Source: a virus (taxonomy: Duplodnaviria; Caudoviricetes). Taken from it: a DNA stretch of 63,735 bases. Shown one piece after another: positions 20,469 to 28,152 of the stretch (the first letter of the stretch is position 1; each line of letters opens with the position of its first letter). Below the pieces are notes generated by a model, which saw only the letters and a list, made by a program, of their open reading frames with translations, was not told the DNA's origin and made no database searches. Position numbers and translations under genes: made by a program. The stretch spans positions 1 to 63,735 of IMG/VR virus record IMGVR_UViG_3300022592_000004. One strand, given 5' to 3'.

Positions 20469-21044
20469 ATGGGCAGTGACGATCGTTTCTACCTGATGGA
20501 GATGCGCAACCGGCCGGTGAAGTATGGGGACATCGGATCGCTGATCAAGATCTGCGGGCTGGTGATCGGCGGCGCCGGAGAAGACAAAGCAATATTGATG
20601 CTCCCCGGCATGGACGCCCCAGCCGGCATATATCCCTCGAGGACCAAGGTATTGGAGTTGACCGTTGAGGAGTGGAGCGATTTCATCCGGAGATCCGACG
20701 ACCCCGAGATCCTGGTTGGGCCGGCAAGGATCTTCCAGCGCAAGGTGCGCTATGAGATCTCCGGCGCCATCCAGCAGAAGGTGTGGGCCGCGGATGGCTT
20801 TCAGTGCAGTTATTGTGGCGTTCGCATGGGGAATGCTCTCTTGACGATCGACCATTTCATTCCGCTCGAGCTGGGCGGAAAGAACGACGTGACGAACTAT
20901 CTGACGGCGTGCAAGAGATGCAACAAAGACAAGGGGTCACAGGATCCCTTTTTCTGGATCAAAGGGATGCAGGAAAAGCATCCTCTTAATTGCACGACCT
21001 ATGAAGTGTTCCTGGAATATCTGGAGCGCAGGATTGTGAAATGA
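20469..21044 (+). CDS. HNH endonuclease with an unknown N-terminal domain
   Basis: CSYCG...LTIDHFIPLELGGKNDVTNYLTACKRCNKDKG. Confidence 0.9.
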   Translation: MGSDDRFYLMEMRNRPVKYGDIGSLIKICGLVIGGAGEDKAILMLPGMDAPAGIYPSRTKVLELTVEEWSDFIRRSDDPEILVGPARIFQRKVRYEISGAIQQKVWAADGFQCSYCGVRMGNALLTIDHFIPLELGGKNDVTNYLTACKRCNKDKGSQDPFFWIKGMQEKHPLNCTTYEVFLEYLERRIVK

Positions 21045-21049
21045 GAGAT

Positions 21050-21208
21050 TTGGCTGTTACTGGATAGCTTACATGTCTGTGGGACCGGCGTTCCCGAAAG
21101 GGAGCATGAAGGTGAAAATCCTTCTCCCCCTGCCAACCTTTTACAGTATGGGGGGATGGCGGAACTATCATACGCACCGAAAAAGTTAGCTGACCGACTT
21201 ACAGCCAA
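21050..21208 (+). ncRNA. Y RNA-like unit 3; Leu-like tRNA mimic opened at the anticodon (YrlA-like topology)
   Basis: stem TTGGCTGT/ACAGCCAA; variable arm TTCCC-GAAA-GGGAG, T arm GAAGG/CCTTC, acceptor TCCCCCT/GGGGGGA, D arm GCG/CGC. Confidence 0.75.
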
Positions 21209-21218
21209 GATTGGTAAG

Positions 21219-21842
21219 ATGAAAATGAGAGTCTTTCTGGATGTCGGCGCACACATAGGGCAAACCCTCGAAGAGGTGATCAAGGAGGAATGGGGGTTTG
21301 ACCTTATCTACTCCTTTGAGCCCATGCCGGGGGAGTTTGCGAAGCTATCCGAAAAGTTCGGAAAACTTCGAAATGTCAGGCTGTTTAACTATGGGCTCCT
21401 GGACAGGACGGAAGAACTGCCGATGTATGGGGCCAACGACGGCATGGAGGCGACAGTCCTGCCGGACATGTCCACGATCCACCACCCGGAAAAGGTCACT
21501 ATGTGCCGCTTTGTCGAGGCGAGAGCCTTTATTGACTCGATCCCGCAGGAAGAGGGGATCATCCTAAAGTTGAACTGCGAGGGATCCGAGGTCGCGATTC
21601 TCGACAACCTGATCGACACGGGAAGGATCGGTCGCATTTTCTATGCCATGATAGACCCCGACTATCGGCACATGCCCCGCGGGATGGAGGAGATTCATCG
21701 TGTCCTGGATCGGTTAAAGGACGTGGGTTTTGATCGCTATTTTATGTGCGATGAGGTGATGATCGGTCCGACTCACCAAGAGAGGACGGCAAATTGGCTT
21801 AGAAAGATACCTTGGCCTGTTACTGGGAAAGGGTACATGTGA
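21219..21842 (+). CDS. FkbM-family SAM-dependent methyltransferase
   Basis: VFLDVGAHIG, SFEP, ILKLNCEGSE. Confidence 0.8.
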   Translation: MKMRVFLDVGAHIGQTLEEVIKEEWGFDLIYSFEPMPGEFAKLSEKFGKLRNVRLFNYGLLDRTEELPMYGANDGMEATVLPDMSTIHHPEKVTMCRFVEARAFIDSIPQEEGIILKLNCEGSEVAILDNLIDTGRIGRIFYAMIDPDYRHMPRGMEEIHRVLDRLKDVGFDRYFMCDEVMIGPTHQERTANWLRKIPWPVTGKGYM

Positions 21843-21936
21843 AGCGGATCGCATCCGCCCCCCTCCACAAAAGCACAGTATGGGGGGGCTCCCAGGTGGG
21901 AGACGCAATGAAACCTTTCGACGACTTACAGGCCAG
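21812..21936 (+). ncRNA. Y RNA-like unit 4; degenerate T-arm/acceptor/hairpin cargo
   Basis: stem TGGCCTGT/ACAGGCCA, TACTG, AAAGG/CCTTT, TACATG, CGACTT. Confidence 0.7.
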
Positions 21937-21943
21937 AGAGATT

Positions 21944-22086
21944 CTGGCTGCACACTGATAAAGGATACATGTTAATAAAGGTTCGAGTCCTTTATCCCCC
22001 ACATCTATGGGGGATTGGCCGAATGGTATAGGCGACAGACTTAAAATCTGTTTAACAGCAAAAACCTTTATCGACTTTGCAGCCAG
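21944..22086 (+). ncRNA. Y RNA-like unit 5; permuted tRNA-Leu(UAA) mimic opened at the variable arm
   Basis: stem CTGGCTGCA/TGCAGCCAG; T arm AAAGG-TTCGAGT-CCTTT, acceptor ATCCCCC/GGGGGAT, D arm, ACAGA-CTTAAAA-TCTGT. Confidence 0.8.
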
Positions 22087-22093
22087 GTAGAAT

Positions 22094-22234
22094 TTGGCCT
22101 GTCACGCCATGGGGCGTTACATGACTGGCTCCGGAAGGCCCGCGTCGCGGGGGCCTGCCAGTCTCCGCGACACAGGAGCAATCCTGGCTGGCTTCGGTCG
22201 GGCATTCGTAAAGCACATGCGACTTACAGGCCAA
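22094..22234 (+). ncRNA. Y RNA-like unit 6; GC-rich non-tRNA cargo
   Basis: stem TTGGCCTGT/ACAGGCCAA, TACATG, CGACTT; hairpins GACTGGC/GCCAGTC and CAGG/CCTG. Confidence 0.7.
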
Positions 22235-22241
22235 GAAATTA

Positions 22242-22375
22242 TGGCGGTCACTGAGAACGGTTACATGGTTAAGACAATCGTTTGAAAAACGATCAATCTG
22301 GGTTCGAATCCCGGGCCCCCCGCCTCGAGGGGGGGTTCGTCAAAGAGCAACACAACCGTAGTCGACTTACCGCCA
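22242..22375 (+). ncRNA. Y RNA-like unit 7; permuted tRNA mimic (anticodon GAA) opened in the D loop
   Basis: stem TGGCGGT/ACCGCCA; GGTTAA-GAC, ATCGT-TTGAAAA-ACGAT, CTGGG-TTCGAAT-CCCGG, GCCCCCC/GGGGGGT, TC-GTC. Confidence 0.8.
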
Positions 22376-22382
22376 GTTAGGA

Positions 22383-22459
22383 TTGTGGGGATCGCGAGAA
22401 GACTCTACGGTTTCCATCGCACGTAGACCCACGTTAAATCGGGGTAACGATCCCCACGA
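22383..22459 (+). ncRNA. unclassified structured RNA within the array
   Basis: GTGGGGATCG/CGATCCCCAC stem enclosing CTACG/CGTAG and CCC/GGG hairpins; lacks scaffold motifs. Confidence 0.5.
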
Positions 22460-22465
22460 AAAGAT

Positions 22466-22567
22466 TCGCTGGCACTGATCAGGGTACATGCGTTTACCTT
22501 CTAAGTAAAAGTGCAGCTCCCGGTCTTTGCGGTCCGGGAGTTAAGTGACCTGGTCGACTTCCAGCGA
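22466..22567 (+). ncRNA. Y RNA-like unit 8; isolated Arg(UCU) anticodon stem-loop plus a hairpin
   Basis: stem TCGCTGG/CCAGCGA, CACTG, TACATG, CGACTT; TTTAC-CTTCTAA-GTAAA; CTCCCGG/CCGGGAG. Confidence 0.7.
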
Positions 22568-22588
22568 TTTAATAAAGGGAGAACCGTC

Positions 22589-24061
22589 ATGGCAGAAGCA
22601 ACGAAGATCACGAAGAATCAGATCATCTCTGAACTGTCGAAATCGCCCCACGGCGACCTGAAGGAATACGTTCCTACAGGAAAGGTCGCTGCGTCCGCGG
22701 AGCCGGAGTTTTTTGCGCACCTCATCGCCTGGGACCGAACCAACGGCCAGGTAAGAGACGCGAAGGCCGCCCTGCCTGTGGTGTCTCTGAGCGTGGCCGA
22801 CTTCCCATCCGAGCTGGTGGAGAACTCACTGGCGCACCTTGCCAAGCTGAATCCCCGCGAGCTCCTCAAGGCATATCGCTTCGCGATCGCGATCAAGACG
22901 CCGGGGCATGGTAGGCGCCTGAAAAAGTTGGTTGCCGCCTATCTTCGGGAAAAGGAAGGCAACGGATGGGATCGAATCGCTATCCAACATCGTCACGTGT
23001 TGAAAGAATTGTATGCCCTTATTCACATCAAGCCGGGTCCTCATGCCGATGCGGTCTTGTTCAAGGGCCAGAGGCCCCCCAACTCGATTTTCGACCTGGT
23101 TGCCAGGCTGAAGGACATGAGTCCCCAGGAAGCAGCGGGGACCATCCTCGAGCGCAAGATTCCCTTTCTTATTGCGACCGGGGCGCTCGGAGCGAAGGCA
23201 AAAGAGCCAGACCTAGTTCTTGCGCTCATTGAGCGCATGAGCCCGACAGAAGTCGTCACCAACACCAAGATGTTGGAGAGGCTGGGCGTCAAGGATGTGC
23301 CTGCGCTCCGGGCGGCATTCGAGTCTGCTCTGGAGCGGGCGAGCAAGTCAAAAAAGACTACCTTCAAGGCCAGCGTGGCCATCGATGCGCTCGACGATGA
23401 CAAATTGAAGGCAAAACTCTCCGGCGTACAGGAGAAGCAGATTCAGGCTCTCGGCGGAGTCGAGGGCAACTGGCTGGTCTTGGGTGATAAGTCCGGATCC
23501 ATGCAGAACACGATTGAGATCGCACGCCAGGTTGCCGCCACTCTCGCCAAGATGGCCTTGGGACGCGTGATCCTGAGCTTCTTCGATATAACGCCCGAGA
23601 CCATTGACGTCACCAACCTGACCTACGACGAGATCAAGGATAGAACGAAGAGGATCACAGCCGCCGGCGGAACTTCGATCGGATGCGGTCTCATGGCTAT
23701 TCTCGATCGCAAGGTGGAAGTCGACGGCATCGCCATCATCTCGGATGCGCAGGAGAATACCCCTCCGGTGTTCGTGAATGCCTATAAGGAGTATTCAAAG
23801 TTTGCGGATAAAGAAGTGCCGGTCTATCTCTACCGCTGCGCGTATGAAGCCCAGGGTTGGGGGGACGTCGACCTGGCAAAGGCCATGAAGCAACATGGGT
23901 TTGATTTGCAGGAGTTCGATCTGAGAAAGGGAGTCGACTTTTATTCGCTCCCAAACCTTGTCAAAACCATGCGGACCAATCGGTATAGTCTGATCGATGA
24001 GATCCTGGCCACGCCGCTTCTGAGCCTGAGACAGGCGTTTCAGGAGACGGTGCAAGATTAG
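22589..24061 (+). CDS. divergent Ro60/TROVE-like protein with C-terminal vWA domain
   Basis: PEFFAHLIAW, GRRLKKLVAAY and LKELYALIHIKP (cf. Ro60 HKDLLRLSHLKP); MIDAS DKSGSM, GGTS, IISDAQEN; AAGGGAG RBS. Confidence 0.75.
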   Translation: MAEATKITKNQIISELSKSPHGDLKEYVPTGKVAASAEPEFFAHLIAWDRTNGQVRDAKAALPVVSLSVADFPSELVENSLAHLAKLNPRELLKAYRFAIAIKTPGHGRRLKKLVAAYLREKEGNGWDRIAIQHRHVLKELYALIHIKPGPHADAVLFKGQRPPNSIFDLVARLKDMSPQEAAGTILERKIPFLIATGALGAKAKEPDLVLALIERMSPTEVVTNTKMLERLGVKDVPALRAAFESALERASKSKKTTFKASVAIDALDDDKLKAKLSGVQEKQIQALGGVEGNWLVLGDKSGSMQNTIEIARQVAATLAKMALGRVILSFFDITPETIDVTNLTYDEIKDRTKRITAAGGTSIGCGLMAILDRKVEVDGIAIISDAQENTPPVFVNAYKEYSKFADKEVPVYLYRCAYEAQGWGDVDLAKAMKQHGFDLQEFDLRKGVDFYSLPNLVKTMRTNRYSLIDEILATPLLSLRQAFQETVQD

Positions 24062-24071
24062 GAGATCGATC

Positions 24072-24608
24072 ATGCTTCCATGTCCTAAATGCGGCAGCCC
24101 CATGAAATGGGAGAAGATCGAATGTAGCGCTCATCTTGCGTGCACATCGGGCTGTTTATGGATCGATTGCCCGAGTGAGCATGTAGCCGTCAGTCAATAC
24201 ATAAGATATGTCGGCGAGGATCGAGCTACGAAACTTGGAGTGACACTGAGATTGAGTTCGTTTCCAAGAAGCTATAAATCTAAGAAAGGAGGTAAGGCCA
24301 TGTTTATTATCGACGAGATTCGCCGGTTCAATACCGACGGCACTTCGCTGGAAGACCTGGTCGCGATGTCTGCGTCTGCCCGGGCTATCCAGTCCGAGTT
24401 TGCTGCGGTCAGCGTGGAAGAGCCCGAGTGGCTCAATCCCAAGATCCGCGAGATCCGCCGGGAGATCGCTACTCGGCAGGCTGATCGTATCGAGAGGCTG
24501 ATCCGGGAGAAGAAGTCCCGGCTCGAAGCTCTGCAGCCAGAAGAGCAAAAGCGCGAGGCTCTCAAGCTTGAGATCGACCGGCTGGAGAAGAAACTTGCCG
24601 ACCAGTAA
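24072..24608 (+). CDS. Zn-ribbon N-terminus in frame with a coiled-coil protein that has its own start at 24300
   Basis: CPKC...CTSGC; AAAGGAGGT RBS before ATG 24300. Confidence 0.65.
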   Translation: MLPCPKCGSPMKWEKIECSAHLACTSGCLWIDCPSEHVAVSQYIRYVGEDRATKLGVTLRLSSFPRSYKSKKGGKAMFIIDEIRRFNTDGTSLEDLVAMSASARAIQSEFAAVSVEEPEWLNPKIREIRREIATRQADRIERLIREKKSRLEALQPEEQKREALKLEIDRLEKKLADQ

Positions 24609-24615
24609 CCAAGGT

Positions 24616-24644
24616 GGCGAGGAGCCGAACGTGGGCTCCTCGCC
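24616..24644 (+). terminator. GC-rich hairpin closing the TROVE operon
   Basis: GGCGAGGAGCC/GGCTCCTCGCC; weak U tract. Confidence 0.5.
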
Positions 24645-24653
24645 TGTGCACTA

Positions 24654-25221
24654 GTGCATAAGATTGGGAATCAGGACGTGGCAGAAAAGCCGGTTCTCAA
24701 ACACTTCATGTCCCTCGAGACGGTTGGAGAAAAATACCTGGTAAAGGTGTTCAACCGCACGAACTCTTCCGAGGAATTCTCCTGCCAAGACCTGCTCCTC
24801 ACAAAAGATGAAATTGCAAGCATAGCCATCGCCACTTTCGGCTATGATCCAAGGGTGTTTTCACGGAAGAGGACTCTCGTTCATTAGGAGGACACGGATG
24901 AAAAAGACAGAAGAAATCACAAAGCATGCGGCGAAAGTCGGGCTCATCGGCGATGCTCGACTGGCAGTGCGCGATTATGAGGGCGCGGTCCGGCGCATAG
25001 AGATTATGATGGAGCCGGAAAGGAGGGAAGCCATTCTCGGTGACAAGGTGCACGTCGATTCTAACTTCGGTTACCTAGTCGTTTCCCGAGGGGGACAGAC
25101 AGTTTTTCTTGCTGCCGGCGGCCGCTGGAAGAATTATCGGATCATGGAAGAGACACCTGCGGTGGCACCAGCAGAACTCCTCCAGGAGCACGCTCCGATC
25201 GATCCAAACCAGCCCACGTAA
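24654..25221 (+). CDS. two hypothetical genes (24654-24887, 24898-25221)
   Basis: AGGAGG RBS before 24898. Confidence 0.55.
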
Positions 25222-25227
25222 GAACAT

Positions 25228-25299
25228 CCGGGCGTAGCGCAGGGGTAGCGCACATGCCTTGGGAGCATGAGGGCGCCCGTTCGATTCGGGCCGCCCGGA
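25228..25299 (+). tRNA. tRNA-Pro(UGG)
   Basis: CCGGGCG/CGCCCGG, CATGC-CTTGGGA-GCATG, GCCCG-TTCGATT-CGGGC; CCA not encoded. Confidence 0.85.
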
Positions 25300-25308
25300 T
25301 ACCTAATG

Positions 25309-25383
25309 GGGGACCGTAGCTCAATGGTAGAGCATTCGGTTGTGGCCCGTTTGATGGCGATTCGAATCCGTCCGGTCCCTCCA
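25309..25383 (+). tRNA. tRNA-His(GUG), atypical
   Basis: G-1, GGGACCG/CGGTCCC, loop TTGTGGC, U73-CCA; mismatches in anticodon and T stems. Confidence 0.75.
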
Positions 25384-25539
25384 GACATGATTCTATGGCA
25401 GAATGGCTCAGGAGAAACAACCTCACCATGAAAAAGAAGCTCTGGCAGACAGAGAAGATGGTGATCTTCAGGGATGCCGAGGGCCGTCTCTGGCGATACA
25501 TGCCTGATTTCCACACCGGCTGGCCGGTAGAGGTGAAGA

Positions 25540-25815
25540 ATGCGAATTAGAGTAGATACCCGAGATCGCGAGACGGGAGAAGTCGTGTCGCAGATGCTAG
25601 AATCGGGCGGCCAGATCTACATCGATCTGGATCCGGATCGGAAAACCCACAGGTGGGGCCCGGGCGAAGGGAATGGCTTTTTTGGACCGCAGCTCCTCGT
25701 TCAGCTCGAGTCGACCGACGTTCACGTGGTTGGCATCCGCGTGATCCCGGAGCCTGGCCGCGACGACAGCGAATTCATGGATTCCGTTGATATTCCTAGA
25801 AATCCAGTTGTATAA
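25540..25815 (+). CDS. hypothetical protein
   Basis: GAGGTG RBS. Confidence 0.55.
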   Translation: MRIRVDTRDRETGEVVSQMLESGGQIYIDLDPDRKTHRWGPGEGNGFFGPQLLVQLESTDVHVVGIRVIPEPGRDDSEFMDSVDIPRNPVV

Positions 25816-25816
25816 T
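25787..25816 (+). promoter_or_regulatory. sigma70-type promoter upstream of the packaging genes
   Basis: TTGATA-18-TATAAT. Confidence 0.55.
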
Positions 25817-25872
25817 CTTCGGCGGGAACCGTCAACGCCGTCAAACTGAGGTAGAGGAAATGATTATGTAAC

Positions 25873-26247
25873 GTGAACTGGCTCGTCTTTGCCGCTGCAA
25901 TAGCGGCATCAGCTCTCTTTATTGCTGCCATCTCGCTTCTCGTCTGGGTGGTTTCTACCCAGCTCTCCGTCCTCATCTCACAGTCCATCGCGGTCCTGCA
26001 AGAACTTCGGATCCGCACCGGCATAACAGCGGCCGGAGCGGCGCCCACCAGCGAGTCAATCCTCGGAAGCCAACTCAAAGACTTTATAGCAAACCGTCTA
26101 AAGCCGACAGACGGCGACTTTATCACCAATTCCGACGAGGAGTTGTACCTGCAGGAGCAGATCAAGGCTCTGCGGGATCAGGGGGGCTTGACGGAACAAG
26201 AGATAGAAGCGTTCGTGCGCCAGGGCGTGACAGAGCCAAAGGTGTAG
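25873..26247 (+). CDS. membrane-anchored hypothetical protein
   Basis: hydrophobic N-terminus; directly upstream of terminase. Confidence 0.6.
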   Translation: MNWLVFAAAIAASALFIAAISLLVWVVSTQLSVLISQSIAVLQELRIRTGITAAGAAPTSESILGSQLKDFIANRLKPTDGDFITNSDEELYLQEQIKALRDQGGLTEQEIEAFVRQGVTEPKV

Positions 26248-26250
26248 ACC

Positions 26251-28143
26251 ATGGAAGGCTTACCGCGCCGGCAGCCCGATCTCCAGGAGGCACTCGACGA
26301 GCTTGACAACAAGCTCTATGAGGAAGCGGGCGGAGATCCGCAAAAAGCCTTTGCGCTGCTCACCGAGACGGAATTGGAATTCGTCGAGGGAGAGATCCAG
26401 AAGTGCCTCGAAAGCCCGCGATACTACCTCGAAAACTACCACTTCATCCGCACGAAGAAACTCGAACTGATCCCCCTGTGGCCGTTTTGGGACAGCCAGG
26501 AGATGTTTCTCGAGGTCTTCGAACGTCAGCACAAGCTCGGCGAGCTGATCCGAATCATCGTTCTGAAGGCCCGGCAGTTGGGGCTGACAACCATCAGCGT
26601 CGCGCTCATGTGCTGGCTGGTCTTCCTCCATCCGAGGGCGCACGTCCTGGAGATGGCCGACGAAGAAGACCGCACTTTCGTCAACTTCGATATGGCCCGT
26701 ACCGCCCACGAATATCTGCCCTGGTTCATGAAACCAGAAAAGCGCTACGACGCCCGCGGCCGCCTGCTCGGGTTCGACCGCCCGAAGGCTGAGGAGAGGG
26801 ATAGGAGTAGTGGCCTGCAGAGCATGATCTATTTTGAGTCAGCGAACCAGCCTTCTGGCGCCGCATACTCAAAGGCTCTCTACGGAGTGCATCTCGCCGA
26901 GGTTGCGCGATTCAGGCAGGATGACTCAATCACAGAGGGAATCTACGGATCCCTGGGCAACATCCCGGGAACGATCGGGATCATGGAATCGACAGCTCGA
27001 GGCCGCGGCGGCTTGTGGCACAGGCTGTGCAAGGCGGCCGAGAGTGGCGACATGTCCTGGGAGTTCGTGTTCATCGAATGGTTCCGGGAGCCGGGCTATA
27101 CGATTTCCGTGCCGAGGAACTTCAAACGTGATGCGGACGATCTGGCCCTCGTGAAAAAAGTTATGAGGCATAGTCAGGTTGCGCTTACCGATGGACAGCT
27201 CGCCTGGCGCCGCAAGATGCAGCGCGACTTCGAGAAGACTTCCGGCGACTCTGAGAAATTCAAGCAGGAATATCCTGTGACGCCGGTGGAAGCCTTCATC
27301 GCCAGCGGTCGCACGGCGTTCAGCAAAAAGCGCCTTCAGACGATGATTACCAAATTCTGCCAGGATCCCATTTGGCGCGGCCAGATCGAACTGAACAAAG
27401 ATGACAAGACCTTCAAAATCATGCGGCTGATGGACGGGGAGTTCGAAGTCTGGGAGTTCCCGCATGCTGGCTGGACCTATTACCTCGGCGCGGATCCGTC
27501 GATGGGGGTCGAGGGAGGGGATCCGGCCTGCGCACAGGTCTTGGCTGTTCCCGAGAATCTGAATCATCCCTTGCGCCAGGTCGCCAGATGGCATGGGTAC
27601 GTAGGACCCGGGCGATTTGCGAGGATCATCGCGGCGATCGGTTATATGTATAACACGGCCGAGATCGCGCCCGAGTGCAACACCATCACGAGCGTAGCCT
27701 CCGATCTAGTAAAGGTTCTCCTGTATCCGAAATGGTATCGATGGATGCGTGAGGACAAGGCAAAGAACGCGTTCTCGAATTTCATTGGCTGGTTGACGAC
27801 CTTCCGCAACAGGAACGAGCTCATCGGGCGCTTCCGACAGGCACTCAATGAATGGACGGTCGTGATTCGGTCAGAAAAAGACGTCGACGAGATGTTTGAC
27901 TTCGTCGAGGTAGAAGAAGGAACGGAGAGATACGAAGCAAGGTCCGGCACTCATGACGATGCCACGATGGCTATCATGATCACTTACTACTGCGCAACCC
28001 AACTGCGTCCGCGGCTGGCTGAACCGCCAGATGACGAGAAGCCGCCCGAGGGCCAAGACTTTCAAAACACCGACTATTCCCCCGCATACGACAAAAACAT
28101 CCAAAATACGGATCAGGGAGTGTCGGATTTTTACATGCTCTAG
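26251..28143 (+). CDS. terL: terminase large subunit
   Basis: Walker A KARQLGLTT, Walker B HLAEVA, ESTARG; nuclease LGADPS, ECN, HDDAT. Confidence 0.92.
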   Translation: MEGLPRRQPDLQEALDELDNKLYEEAGGDPQKAFALLTETELEFVEGEIQKCLESPRYYLENYHFIRTKKLELIPLWPFWDSQEMFLEVFERQHKLGELIRIIVLKARQLGLTTISVALMCWLVFLHPRAHVLEMADEEDRTFVNFDMARTAHEYLPWFMKPEKRYDARGRLLGFDRPKAEERDRSSGLQSMIYFESANQPSGAAYSKALYGVHLAEVARFRQDDSITEGIYGSLGNIPGTIGIMESTARGRGGLWHRLCKAAESGDMSWEFVFIEWFREPGYTISVPRNFKRDADDLALVKKVMRHSQVALTDGQLAWRRKMQRDFEKTSGDSEKFKQEYPVTPVEAFIASGRTAFSKKRLQTMITKFCQDPIWRGQIELNKDDKTFKIMRLMDGEFEVWEFPHAGWTYYLGADPSMGVEGGDPACAQVLAVPENLNHPLRQVARWHGYVGPGRFARIIAAIGYMYNTAEIAPECNTITSVASDLVKVLLYPKWYRWMREDKAKNAFSNFIGWLTTFRNRNELIGRFRQALNEWTVVIRSEKDVDEMFDFVEVEEGTERYEARSGTHDDATMAIMITYYCATQLRPRLAEPPDDEKPPEGQDFQNTDYSPAYDKNIQNTDQGVSDFYML

Positions 28144-28152
28144 GAGGGCAAA

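Noticed and set aside
22121-22200. SRP RNA, tRNA-Sec or cobalamin riboswitch
   Set aside because: Only short fragments match; the defining flanking motifs are absent.
20114-22375. tRNA-like cargos as ordinary tRNA genes
   Set aside because: Arms are out of order or acceptor ends are closed or imperfect without a free CCA, and all are nested in the shared scaffold.
20146-22504. Suppressor anticodons (TCA in unit 1, CTA in unit 8) and stop-codon recoding
   Set aside because: With 5-bp stems and 7-nt loops the central triplets are TTC and TCT; long genes are intact under the standard code and use all three stops.
20094-22567. RNA units as a CRISPR array
   Set aside because: There are no identical direct repeats; conservation is structural plus short motifs, and no cas genes are present.
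21156-22588. ORF-track starts at 21156 and 22511 and small ORFs at 22052-22285
   Set aside because: They run through structured RNA units; starts at 21219/21225 and 22589 fit the domains and RBS better.
25873-26247. Terminase small subunit
   Set aside because: The position fits, but the protein begins with a transmembrane-like segment and shows no helix-turn-helix.
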